Below, piece by piece: positions 1-9,385 of a stretch of 64,000 bases of DNA. The number at the start of each line of letters is the position of its first letter. Position 1 is the first letter of the stretch. The position numbers were made by a program, and so were the translations under genes. The DNA is taken from assembly GCA_045591685.1 (NCBI GenBank), contig JAZNTK010000032.1, positions 37,072-101,071 on the forward strand, in the 5' to 3' direction. Source of the DNA: Lachnospiraceae bacterium. GTDB taxonomy: Bacteria; Bacillota; Clostridia; Lachnospirales; Lachnospiraceae. The notes under the pieces were generated by a model. The model searched no databases. It saw only the letters and a list, made by a program, of their open reading frames with translations, and was not told the DNA's origin.

Positions 1-1219
1 AAAGTGAGGCAATTGCTCCCGTCAGCTGACCTTCCACGTCAATTCCGGTTACATTGGGCACAGGCTGATAATACTCATCATAAAAATATTCTACAACATA
101 ACAATCCGCATAGGGCACTACTCTGTATGAATCTCCCATTTCCACAATCATACCGGATTCTTCCATGGAAGTACCGGTTTTTTCCGTTGCAAAATTCGGA
201 TATAATTCCACAGGCTTATATTCGACATTAACCATCTTACTGTTATCCTGATACAAATCAAGATACAGTTCTATTGTTTCGTCCACGGTTTCTTCACTGC
301 CGATAACGTAAATAGTTACCTCTTCTTCTAAACCTTTTAACATATCCTTGGTTTCATCTGTAATGGTATACCACTTATCCAGAGTCACATCAATCTGCGA
401 AATGTTTAAAGGCAAATGGTTGGCACCAATGTTTAATCCGATTATTAATGCAAAGAAAAGCACAACACCTGCCACATTTGTAATTATTCTCTTTTTATCA
501 CCGGCTTTTACGCGGAAACTGTTACGTCCTATCATAAAGCAGGTAAGCACAATACAGAGAATAATGACAGAAAAGATATATATAACATCTTTTAATACAA
601 TAATACCGAAAAACAACATATCATACGGCGAAATAATATCTATCAGGCTTACAATTTTTGAAATCCAGCTATCTGTTCCAAAACGGTTCTGGCAAAATGA
701 AGGAACCAGGAACATAAAAATAAATACGCCATAGGTTAAAATTGCCGCAATTATCTGATGCTCCGTAACGGAAGATAAAAACATACCCACTGCTATGCAA
801 ATACAGCCAAAGAAAAAGAATGCAACCAGTGAAAGTATGGTTTCGCCCGTAGGAATATCCCCATAACATGCAAGAATAACGGAGCTAAAAGATATCACCA
901 CCGTAGCCATAGCCATAATGGTAGCCATGGCAAAAAACTTACCAAGCACAATGGAACTGATTCGTACCGGCAAGGTAAGAAGGAGTTGGTCTGTTTTTAA
1001 CTTCTTCTCCTCTGCGAATGATCGCATGGTAAGAAGCGGCACCAGAAAAATTACAATAATCAAAAGACTGATTAATGTATCCGAAACATAGGGACTGCCA
1101 AAACTAAGATTATAATACGAAAAATATAATCCCGCAAAAAAAGTAAATGCCGCCATGAACAGCCATCCGGATAAGGATTTAAAATAACTTTTCAATTCTT
1201 TTATATAAATTGCCGACAT
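1..1219 (-). CDS. Fused GldF-like ABC-2 permease + GldG-like auxiliary domain (partial, runs off left edge; not in ORF track)
   Basis: Read by hand from ATG at 1219, which overlaps the upstream stop (TAATG): MSAIYIKELKSYFKSLSGWLF...PLLTMRSFAEEKKLKTDQLLLTLPV...LGKF, continuing without a stop into IDVTLDKWYTITDETKDMLKGL...DVEGQLTGAI. Confidence 0.85.
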   Translation of the reverse strand, partial: MSAIYIKELKSYFKSLSGWLFMAAFTFFAGLYFSYYNLSFGSPYVSDTLISLLIIVIFLVPLLTMRSFAEEKKLKTDQLLLTLPVRISSIVLGKFFAMATIMAMATVVISFSSVILACYGDIPTGETILSLVAFFFFGCICIAVGMFLSSVTEHQIIAAILTYGVFIFMFLVPSFCQNRFGTDSWISKIVSLIDIISPYDMLFFGIIVLKDVIYIFSVIILCIVLTCFMIGRNSFRVKAGDKKRIITNVAGVVLFFALIIGLNIGANHLPLNISQIDVTLDKWYTITDETKDMLKGLEEEVTIYVIGSEETVDETIELYLDLYQDNSKMVNVEYKPVELYPNFATEKTGTSMEESGMIVEMGDSYRVVPYADCYVVEYFYDEYYQPVPNVTGIDVEGQLTGAIASL

Positions 1220-2169
1220 TATTCTTCCTCCTCTTGACCTTCATGTACAATATCAAGATATGCATCCTCCAATGAGGCTTTTTCCACGCTCATCTCAATA
1301 ATTAAAATTCTTGCATCCGACAAGGCAAAAGAAATCTCCTCACGCACATCTTTTTTACTGTGTTTTGTCTCAACAGCAAAAGTAGCCTTATTCTTTTCTT
1401 CTGAAATAAGGGATACTTTCTTAATACATTTTAATTTCTTCAAAACCGCTTCTGCCTTTGCAGCTTCACCTTTTACCGTAACAGTCAGATGCAATCCGCC
1501 CTGATTTTTGGTCATAATATTCTCTGTGGTGTCCATTGCCGCCACCTTACCGTTGGCAATCATCAAAACATCATCACAAACCGCACTGATTTCCGATAAA
1601 ATATGAGAACTTAAAATAACCGTATGCTTTCCTTTTAATCCCTTAATCAAATTGCGGATTTCCTTCATCTGCTTCGGATCAAGTCCTACAGTAGGTTCAT
1701 CCAGAATAATAATTTCAGGCTTCCCAAGCAAAGCCTGCGCAATGCCCACTCGCTGCTTATAACCTTTGGAAAGATTTTTAATCAAACGCCCGGAAACATC
1801 GGCAATACCGGTTTGTTTCATAATATGTACAATTTCATCATCTCTGGTATCCTTGGGAAGTTTCTTAAGCTTTGCCACAAAATCCAAATACTCTTTTACA
1901 TACATATCAGGATACAAGGGCGGATTTTCGGGAAGATAGCCAATACACTTCTTTGCCTCTAAAGTTTCCACACCCAATTCATGACCATTGATTACAATGC
2001 TCCCTGCGGTAGGTGCAATATATCCCGTAAGCATATTCATTGTAGTACTTTTCCCAGCTCCGTTCGGACCCAAAAGACCATATATACGCCCCTTTTTTAC
2101 CTTAAAAGAAATATCATCCACCGCTAAATGCGTCCCGTAAAGCTTGGTCAGATTTTTTACCTGAATCAT
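1219..2169 (-). CDS. ABC transporter ATP-binding protein (GldA-like)
   Basis: Walker A GPNGAGKST, signature LSKGYKQR, Walker B IILDEPT; start moved to MIQVKNL, which follows an AAGGAG RBS. Confidence 0.92.
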   Translation of the reverse strand: MIQVKNLTKLYGTHLAVDDISFKVKKGRIYGLLGPNGAGKSTTMNMLTGYIAPTAGSIVINGHELGVETLEAKKCIGYLPENPPLYPDMYVKEYLDFVAKLKKLPKDTRDDEIVHIMKQTGIADVSGRLIKNLSKGYKQRVGIAQALLGKPEIIILDEPTVGLDPKQMKEIRNLIKGLKGKHTVILSSHILSEISAVCDDVLMIANGKVAAMDTTENIMTKNQGGLHLTVTVKGEAAKAEAVLKKLKCIKKVSLISEEKNKATFAVETKHSKKDVREEISFALSDARILIIEMSVEKASLEDAYLDIVHEGQEEEE

Positions 2170-2236
2170 ATCCGCTCCTTCTTTACACCATGTATCGTGT
2201 AAACTATATTTATCCAAACATATAAATTTTCTTAGC

Positions 2237-2260
2237 AATGTAAAAAACACCTTTTACATT
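2237..2260. promoter_or_regulatory. Operator-like inverted repeat upstream of the ABC operon
   Basis: AATGTAAAA-N6-TTTTACATT, perfect 9-bp arms; regulator unknown. Confidence 0.4.
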
Positions 2261-2280
2261 ATAAAACATTTTCCCAAAGA

Positions 2281-2313
2281 AAAACACTGTATTTTTCAAA
2301 AATACAGTGTTTT
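2281..2313 (-). terminator. Intrinsic terminator after dut
   Basis: Perfect 15-bp inverted repeat AAAACACTGTATTTT/AAAATACAGTGTTTT just downstream of the stop. Confidence 0.7.
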
Positions 2314-2332
2314 ATCATATGTACGATAACAA

Positions 2333-2785
2333 TCAATTTGTTCCGGTACTGCCATGGCCGCCACGGTCTTTGCCTTCCAATACACTCACCTCAGTAAATT
2401 GGATTTTCGGCTGGTTTTCCATAATTCTAAACTGGCAAATACGGTCATTTTTATGTATTTCGGTATCACGCACCGCAAGTACAGGCATAAACCACTGATC
2501 ATTGTCACCGCAATATGAGCAGTCAATGACACCCTGATGATTGGTCTGAATGATGCCGAAATTCTTAAAAGTAGAGCTTCTGGGCACTACATGTGCTTCA
2601 TATCCTTCCGGCAACTGCATAGCTACACCTAAAGGAATCAATGCAAAATCACCCTTTTTTAATTCCACATCTTTTGCCGCGCGCAAGTCAATCCAATCGG
2701 ATTTACCGTCAATATAACAAAGCTTTTCAATTGTCTCATCAAAATATTTGATTTTAATTTCTTTAATGATATCGTTCATTTCCAT
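2333..2785 (-). CDS. dut: dUTP diphosphatase (trimeric dUTPase)
   Basis: Motifs [22 protein letters not shown] and C-terminal RGGHGSTG. Confidence 0.95.
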   Translation of the reverse strand: MEMNDIIKEIKIKYFDETIEKLCYIDGKSDWIDLRAAKDVELKKGDFALIPLGVAMQLPEGYEAHVVPRSSTFKNFGIIQTNHQGVIDCSYCGDNDQWFMPVLAVRDTEIHKNDRICQFRIMENQPKIQFTEVSVLEGKDRGGHGSTGTN

Positions 2786-2833
2786 TTCCTTTTCGCTTCC
2801 ATTTATTGTATTAACAAATACCGGACTTATCTT

Positions 2834-3382
2834 CTACACATCACACATTCTTGTGTTTGTGCCAAAAGCATCCTTGGAATAATTCTCACAGTGAAGTACG
2901 GGAACATAAGGTGCTTCCTTCTCAAGAGTTGCTTTTACATCAATTACTCGCTGGTTGGAACTTCCCTTCCACATTAGTTTCGTATCTTTCTTATCAATGC
3001 GGAACTCACCGTCTACACACACATCTACATACTGCATATAATCTTCCATGTAGATTTCATCCCACAAGGAACCGGTGTAGAGCCAAATGGTTTTGTGCGG
3101 ATATTTCTCTTTAATTTCCTTCATCAATTCTGCCACATCCATTCGATTGGCAAAATGCAACGGGTCTCCTCCGGAAAAAGTAATGCCGGAAATATAGTCT
3201 TTATCCAACTGTTCAAAAATTTCTGCCTTAGCAGCATCATCAAAGGGCAAGCCGGAATTCGGATCCCAGGTAATAGGGTTATGACACTCTTTACAACAGT
3301 GACTGCAACCCGATACCCAAAGAACCACGCGAAGACCATCGCCGTTAAGCATGTCATCCTTGGTTATATTATGATATCTCAT
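2834..3382 (-). CDS. nrdG: Anaerobic ribonucleotide reductase activating enzyme (radical SAM)
   Basis: NGDGLRVVLWVSGCSHCCKECHN (CxxxCxxC), SGGDPL, GSSNQR; adjacent to nrdD. Confidence 0.96.
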   Translation of the reverse strand: MRYHNITKDDMLNGDGLRVVLWVSGCSHCCKECHNPITWDPNSGLPFDDAAKAEIFEQLDKDYISGITFSGGDPLHFANRMDVAELMKEIKEKYPHKTIWLYTGSLWDEIYMEDYMQYVDVCVDGEFRIDKKDTKLMWKGSSNQRVIDVKATLEKEAPYVPVLHCENYSKDAFGTNTRMCDV

Positions 3383-3401
3383 TTTACTTTATTCCTTCCC
3401 C

Positions 3402-5573
3402 CTACATAGACTTACGTTCTTTGATTTCTGCCATTTTAGCTTCATTCAAACGGGAATCACCATGAACACGTGAATAAGCCAAATAGCCGTTCATACGGTC
3501 AATCTTCGTCAAATTACTGCTTCCGCACTTCGGACATACATCCATTTCAAGTTCCTGATGACCGCAATCATCACAATATGCCAAAGATAAATTCAGACCC
3601 TCATAGAATCCCATATCCATAGCACGACGAATTAAGGTCTTAATTGCCTCCAAATTATAATCAATGGGGTATCTTACATACTGAATTTTACCACCGTTAC
3701 ACAAATCCCAGAAACGTGCTTCCAAATCCTGCTTCTGAATCGGTGTAATATCTTCCGCTACATGGCAGTGGAAACTGTTGGATACATATTCACGGTCGGA
3801 AACACCTTCAATAATGCCGTATTTCTTACGGAACTGCTTAATCTGTAAACCGCAAAGATTTTCTGCAGGAGTACCGTAAATCGCATATAAATTGCCGTCT
3901 TCTTCCTTATATTGCGTAACCTTCTTGTTAATATATTCCATTACTTCAATTGCAAACTTACCGTCTTCTGCAAGTGACTTACCATTGTGAAGCTGCTGTA
4001 ATTCATTTAATGCGGTAATACCAAAAGATGCGGTTGCTGCCTTAAGTAAAGGTTTGATTTTATCGGTAAGCTGTAAATGTCCGCCAAGGAAACCGCCTTC
4101 ACAATAAGCCAACGGATTGGTAGAGGCACGCATTTCGCCCAAATACGCATAGGTACGGATATGAAGCTGACGGATTAATTCCAAATAATAATCCAATACT
4201 TCGTAGAAATCCCTGCTCTCATGCTTTGCCTTTGCATAAATCATTGGCAGATGGAGAGAAACGGCACCAATATTAAATCTACCGACAAAAACAGGCTGAT
4301 CCTGGTCATCTGCAGGAGTCATGCCACCTCTTTCATACCAAGGGGATAAAAAGGCACGACAACCCATAGGAGAAATTACTTTCTTATACTGCTTATAAAT
4401 GCTTGCTACATAACCTTTACCGGTCATACTTAACCAGTCGGGATACATGGTCTTTGCAGAACATTCCACGCCGGCATTGAATACATCTTCCATTTCTTTG
4501 CCGGGTCCGTGTAATTCCTCATCATATAAAAATACAATCTTCGGGAATAAAACAGGCTTTCTGCATTCCGGTCTGCCCTGACCTCTTTTACGGACATTTA
4601 ACATGGAAATACAAGCCTGACGGGCAAATTTACCGGTGCCAAGACCTGCAGTCACCGTAATAAAAGGATAATCACCACGGCTGCTTGCTACGGTATTAAA
4701 CTTATATTCCCAGCCCTGATATCCCTGTTCAAAATCACGGATAATATCTTCATCCGCTTCTTTTCTTGCCACTTCTTCGGATACACCCATAGCAAGATAT
4801 TTTTTTACATATTTCTCATAAGATTTCTCTGCATAAGGCTCAAGAATCTTGTCCACTTCAGGCACGGTAAAACCGCCGTACTGCTGGCTTGCAGCACTTA
4901 AAACAATGTCACCGATGACATCAAATGCAGTGTCTAAAGACTTCGGCTCATTATAAAAGATGTTACCCATCTCAAAGCCGCCTTTTAAAACGTTTGCCAC
5001 GTCAAAAAGACAACAGTTCATAGTATCACGGCGGGCAGACATATCATGTACATAAATATATCCGTCACGGCATGCCTGAATTTCTTCCGTGGTCATGAAG
5101 AACTTCTGATAAAGTTCCTTATTTAACTGGTTAAAAACTAAACTTCTCTTGGTAGAAACAAGCGCAGAGTCTGTATTTGCATTCTCCTTGTCGCCGATGT
5201 ACATAATGGACTGACTCTTTTTATATACATCATCCAACATACGAACAAATTCCTGCTTGTAATTACGATAATCACGGTAACTCTTCGCTACGATAGGCTT
5301 TACACCTTCCAAGGCACGTTCTACAATATTGTGCATTTTCGCAATGGGAATCAGTTCCTCTCCCATTTCGTCAACGCTTTCCACTACACTTTTACAAATC
5401 TGTGCTTCATCCTCAGGCGTAAACTTGGTCAATGCACGATATGCAGACTTATTTACTGCATCAATAACCTTCTGAACGTTAAATTCTTCCTTGCTGCCGT
5501 CTTTTTTTACTACTTTTACCGGCATTTTAGGTACATAAATTTTTCCGTAATCTGTTTTATTCTCTGTACTCAT
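3402..5573 (-). CDS. nrdD: Class III anaerobic ribonucleoside-triphosphate reductase
   Basis: N-terminal ATP cone (VVKKDG), YVHD, NCCL, PMGCR, TPAENL, CxxC...CxxC and glycyl-radical motif RMNGYL; start at MSTENK after GGAGGGGAAGAG. Confidence 0.97.
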   Translation of the reverse strand: MSTENKTDYGKIYVPKMPVKVVKKDGSKEEFNVQKVIDAVNKSAYRALTKFTPEDEAQICKSVVESVDEMGEELIPIAKMHNIVERALEGVKPIVAKSYRDYRNYKQEFVRMLDDVYKKSQSIMYIGDKENANTDSALVSTKRSLVFNQLNKELYQKFFMTTEEIQACRDGYIYVHDMSARRDTMNCCLFDVANVLKGGFEMGNIFYNEPKSLDTAFDVIGDIVLSAASQQYGGFTVPEVDKILEPYAEKSYEKYVKKYLAMGVSEEVARKEADEDIIRDFEQGYQGWEYKFNTVASSRGDYPFITVTAGLGTGKFARQACISMLNVRKRGQGRPECRKPVLFPKIVFLYDEELHGPGKEMEDVFNAGVECSAKTMYPDWLSMTGKGYVASIYKQYKKVISPMGCRAFLSPWYERGGMTPADDQDQPVFVGRFNIGAVSLHLPMIYAKAKHESRDFYEVLDYYLELIRQLHIRTYAYLGEMRASTNPLAYCEGGFLGGHLQLTDKIKPLLKAATASFGITALNELQQLHNGKSLAEDGKFAIEVMEYINKKVTQYKEEDGNLYAIYGTPAENLCGLQIKQFRKKYGIIEGVSDREYVSNSFHCHVAEDITPIQKQDLEARFWDLCNGGKIQYVRYPIDYNLEAIKTLIRRAMDMGFYEGLNLSLAYCDDCGHQELEMDVCPKCGSSNLTKIDRMNGYLAYSRVHGDSRLNEAKMAEIKERKSM

Positions 5574-5602
5574 CTCTTCCCCTCCATATTGATTTACATA
5601 AA

Positions 5603-5661
5603 ACCCTATATATTGTATCAACAAAATGTAATATCGGAAATAACGATACAAGATATAGTAT
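5603..5661. promoter_or_regulatory. Tandem NrdR boxes
   Basis: ACCCTATATATTGTAT (5603-5618) and ATACAAGATATAGTAT (5646-5661) fit the NrdR consensus acaCwAtATaTwGtgt; the second overlaps the -10. Confidence 0.8.
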
Positions 5662-5685
5662 AGATGTTGTGTCTGTAGATGTCAA
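5657..5685 (-). promoter_or_regulatory. sigmaA promoter of nrdDG-dut
   Basis: TTGACA-N17-TATACT on the minus strand. Confidence 0.8.
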
Positions 5686-5747
5686 TAAGCGATGTGGGCA
5701 TTTTTATTGTTTATATTCATTTTTTTCTTAAAATTTCCTTTCGAAAG

Positions 5748-5777
5748 AAAAAAGACTAAACTACGTTAGTCTTTTTT
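5748..5777 (-). terminator. Intrinsic terminator overlapping the WYL gene stop
   Basis: AAAAAAGACTAA-loop-TTAGTCTTTTTT. Confidence 0.6.
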
Positions 5778-6764
5778 ACTCTTGTATGTGTCTAAAATAT
5801 TACTCAAATACCTCTGATACTCCTCAACAACAACCCTCGGACTCACAATCTGTACTTCCGGCCCCAATCCTGTTAACCATCCAAACAACTGTCCGCTGAT
5901 TGCTACTTTCAATCGCACCGTAAAATATCCTTTTTCCGTGGTATATACGTTAATATCCTTACCAAATCTGTCAATTACAACACCAATTAAAGTTTCCGGA
6001 AAACGAACTGTCAAAACTTCACTTTCACCGGAATACATTCCAAATGCACTGTTGCAATACTCCGCCACATCAAACATCTTATCTTTTTCAAGAATAATGC
6101 GGGCTTCACTCACAATCCGGATATCTTTAATTTTATCCACGCGGTAATTCTTCATACAGTCTGCTTCGGCATCATACGCTATCAAATAATACTTCTCTTC
6201 ATTCCATGCCAATGCTCTTGGACTTACCTGATAGATTTTACCGTTTTTACGAGGTCTTGCTTGTTTATCCAATGCATATTCCAAATATTGAAATGTAATC
6301 TGTCTATTCTGCTCAATTGCATGGTGGATTTCATCCACATTATAATAAATGCTTTCATTCTCTGACTTGATGCGGTTCATTACATAAACTTCACGCTTTA
6401 AATTCTTTGCCTCATTCTCCCCTGCTAACTTCGTAATCTTACCAATGAGTTCCTTGGATTTCTTCGTAGTGATAAAACGTGACGCCTGCACTGCATCCAC
6501 AAGCACCTTCAGTTCTGCCACATCAAAATCCCTATACGCAAGAAAATAGCCACCGTTTTTACCCCTGGTTAAAACGATGTCATAGCCAAAATCCCGCAAC
6601 GTATCCATATCATTGTAGATACTTTTCCGTTCTGCCTTGATTCCTTCCCGTTCCAGCATTGCAAGGATTGCGTCCATGCGAATCGGGTGGTCTTCATCAC
6701 TTTTTTCATGAAGCATTTTTAAGATATATAAAAGCTTCTGCTTCTGTTTCTCTGCCTTGGGCAT
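5766..6764 (-). CDS. WYL-domain transcriptional regulator (wHTH-WYL-WCX, PafB/C-like)
   Basis: N-terminal HTH (ERKSIYNDMDTL), WYL-like core VSPRALAWNEEKYYLIAYD...NYRVDKI, C-terminal WLTGLGPEVQIVSP. Confidence 0.9.
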   Translation of the reverse strand: MPKAEKQKQKLLYILKMLHEKSDEDHPIRMDAILAMLEREGIKAERKSIYNDMDTLRDFGYDIVLTRGKNGGYFLAYRDFDVAELKVLVDAVQASRFITTKKSKELIGKITKLAGENEAKNLKREVYVMNRIKSENESIYYNVDEIHHAIEQNRQITFQYLEYALDKQARPRKNGKIYQVSPRALAWNEEKYYLIAYDAEADCMKNYRVDKIKDIRIVSEARIILEKDKMFDVAEYCNSAFGMYSGESEVLTVRFPETLIGVVIDRFGKDINVYTTEKGYFTVRLKVAISGQLFGWLTGLGPEVQIVSPRVVVEEYQRYLSNILDTYKSKKD

Positions 6765-6812
6765 AAACTGCCTCCTTACCCGGCATTAGTCCGCCTGTCA
6801 ATCCATGCAAAA

Positions 6813-7004
6813 TTAGTTGCTTTCTTCAGTTGCCTCAACAACAGTTTCGTTTTCAACAACGTCTGCCGTCTCCTGCATTTTGTTTTTATGTGTCAGCTTA
6901 TAAATGCCGATACCTAAAAAAACTGCCGCAACAATCGCTGCCAAAAACACTAAAAATACCAATAAATAACTAGCTAACACAGATAAAAATGCCATTGTAC
7001 TCAT
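6813..7004 (-). CDS. Small single-pass membrane protein
   Basis: Long hydrophobic segment (AFLSVLASYLLVFLVFLAAIVAAVFLGIGI), a basic patch, then an acidic tail; start uncertain (see findings). Confidence 0.7.
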   Translation of the reverse strand: MSTMAFLSVLASYLLVFLVFLAAIVAAVFLGIGIYKLTHKNKMQETADVVENETVVEATEESN

Positions 7005-7119
7005 TTTTTTACATACATAATCCACTCCTTAACGCAACAAAAATGGATTATACTCCTTTCTTAATCTATTTATTAAAATAAACATATTTTACTACATGTA
7101 TATCAATACATTATTCACG

Positions 7120-7605
7120 TTATTGTAGCATCGCACCGACCGGGTCGTCAAGAAGATCGTCCCCATCTGCCGCCTTGGTAGCAAGCTCATCACATCGTTC
7201 ATTTTCGGGATGCCCTGCATGTCCTTTTACCCAGACAAATTCTACCTTATGCGGCTTCATCACCTCCAAAAGACGCTTCCACAAATCAACGTTTTTAACT
7301 TCCTTTTTACCGGCAGTACGCCAATTATTACGAAGCCATCCTTCCATCCAATTCTGGTTAAAAGCATCCGTCACATATTTGGAATCCGAAACCACGGTTA
7401 CATCACAGGGTCTGTTTAATGCCTCCAATCCTGTAATAACACCCATTAATTCCATACGATTATTTGTTGTCTGCTTATATCCTGCACTGTATTCTCTTAC
7501 GTGCAACTCGCCTTTGGAATCTACATAGTGCAAAACACATCCATAACCGCCGGGGCCGTTGGGGTTTCCTCTTGCTGAACCGTCACTGTATAATGTTACC
7601 TTCAT
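7120..7605 (-). CDS. rnhA: Ribonuclease HI
   Basis: YSDGS, TTNNRMEL, SDSKYV, KNVDLW, WVKGHAGHPENERCDELA. Confidence 0.97.
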   Translation of the reverse strand: MKVTLYSDGSARGNPNGPGGYGCVLHYVDSKGELHVREYSAGYKQTTNNRMELMGVITGLEALNRPCDVTVVSDSKYVTDAFNQNWMEGWLRNNWRTAGKKEVKNVDLWKRLLEVMKPHKVEFVWVKGHAGHPENERCDELATKAADGDDLLDDPVGAMLQ

Positions 7606-9308
7606 TATGCCCTATTCTCCTTGTTTCTCCATTCACCTTCCTGCAGAAAACATCCTGCCATCCATTCCGCGTTTTCTATCAAAGTATCAGGATAGCCCAT
7701 CATACTAAGAAGTTTTATGGCATTACGGGTATTGGCCGGCCCTTTTAATAATTTATAAGGGAATAAAATATCATTGTTTTCAATCTGTTCCTCAAAATGA
7801 TAATTCTCATACACGTCTGCCAACAAACGGGTCAACTCCACGTCGTGAGTTGCCGCAAAACAAAGCATGTTCTTTCCTGAGAAGGAACGCATAATTTCGG
7901 AAGCCGCCGCAATTCGCTCCACAGTGTTGGTTCCGCGAAGCACTTCATCTACAAAACAAAGTACCTTAACACCATCTTCTTTTACAGCCTCCAAAATACG
8001 CTTGATGGAACGTATTTCTGCCATATAATAACTTTCACCGCTCTCCAAATTATCTCTCAATGACATAGATGAAAAAATACGATATCGTTCTGCTTTGTAT
8101 TCTCGTGCCGGTACTGTCTGAATCGTTTGGGCGAGCAACGCACAAATTAAAACAGTTTTTAAAAATGTAGATTTACCGGATGCATTGGAACCGGTAAGAA
8201 GCATACCTTTTTTTATTGTAAAAGAATTCGCCACCGCATCTTCAATCAACGGATGTATTGCTTCTTCAATCTGCATCCCTTCTCCATCAAAAGAAGGTAC
8301 TGCAAAATACGGCAGAGCATTCCGGAATGCACTGATAGTAATATCCGTCTCCAATTTACCTAAAATACGGTTAATTTCATCAATTTCTTTCGTATGCGAG
8401 GAAACCTGTCCCAACATACGATAAAAAATAAACAAATCCACATGCGTTAGCATTTTAACCAGCATCAGTATCGAAGATACAATATCCGTTGCAGCATTGG
8501 CAGAATAATCGGTGGACACAAACCAGATATTTCCATTTGAAATTTCTTTTAAATCCTTACGAAGCTTTTTTAATTCGCTTCCTTCTGTCTCCCAGATATC
8601 CGGCACATTTTTTGACACTTTTTCTGCAGTCTCAAGCATTCGTAAAATATAATGAAAACTTACCAGATACGGCTCGATTTCCTTTTTTTTCTTCATGTAA
8701 GTAAGATTCTGATAGGAAATAACAGCAACCAAAGCACCAATCCCTACATATACATTTACAAACAACAAAGCAACCGAAAGCAGAATGGCAAGCCACGGCA
8801 ATATAAAAACAATGACTTTTTTACCGGGTAATTCACAAAGATACTCTAAATAACGATACAGAGAAAACTTACCCGTCCGCCCCAGTTCTGCAAACAAAAG
8901 CTGGAATTTAATACGTTCCTCTTCATGTTCCTGCAAATACCGGTATATCTCTTCATTTTTATGAAATTCATCATTATCATCATCTAAAATGGGAGTACGC
9001 ATTCTGTAATACAGATACTCATCCCCCGCCGATGAATAGCAGTGGTTTATATTTCTGTACAGGCGGTCGCCGTCAATATCATTCCATGTAATATCATCAA
9101 TGGTAAAACACTCACCCGTATGCCATTCAAACATGCCGGAAGCCGCAGTCATACGCTCATTACTGTACTCCGCCTTATTTAAGGTTTCATACTCTTTTTT
9201 TAATCGACCGATAAAATATTTCTTTAATTTGCGCTCACTGTATTTTCCCTGCAATACCACAAACAGGTAAAAAAGAACCAGTGCAACAACTAAAACAATA
9301 TATTCCAT
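7605..9308 (-). CDS. Membrane-anchored MutS-related ATPase (domain V only; no mismatch-binding or Smr domain)
   Basis: TGSNASGKSTFLK, SYYMAE, VDEVLRGTN, ATHD; hydrophobic segments at the N-terminus and mid-protein. Confidence 0.88.
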   Translation of the reverse strand: MEYIVLVVALVLFYLFVVLQGKYSERKLKKYFIGRLKKEYETLNKAEYSNERMTAASGMFEWHTGECFTIDDITWNDIDGDRLYRNINHCYSSAGDEYLYYRMRTPILDDDNDEFHKNEEIYRYLQEHEEERIKFQLLFAELGRTGKFSLYRYLEYLCELPGKKVIVFILPWLAILLSVALLFVNVYVGIGALVAVISYQNLTYMKKKKEIEPYLVSFHYILRMLETAEKVSKNVPDIWETEGSELKKLRKDLKEISNGNIWFVSTDYSANAATDIVSSILMLVKMLTHVDLFIFYRMLGQVSSHTKEIDEINRILGKLETDITISAFRNALPYFAVPSFDGEGMQIEEAIHPLIEDAVANSFTIKKGMLLTGSNASGKSTFLKTVLICALLAQTIQTVPAREYKAERYRIFSSMSLRDNLESGESYYMAEIRSIKRILEAVKEDGVKVLCFVDEVLRGTNTVERIAAASEIMRSFSGKNMLCFAATHDVELTRLLADVYENYHFEEQIENNDILFPYKLLKGPANTRNAIKLLSMMGYPDTLIENAEWMAGCFLQEGEWRNKENRA

Positions 9309-9385
9309 ATATTTTTAGAATTCCTTTCGACACAAAATCATTCCTGCTTTTGTATCCTTAAACCTTTTACTTTTTATCATTTTAA

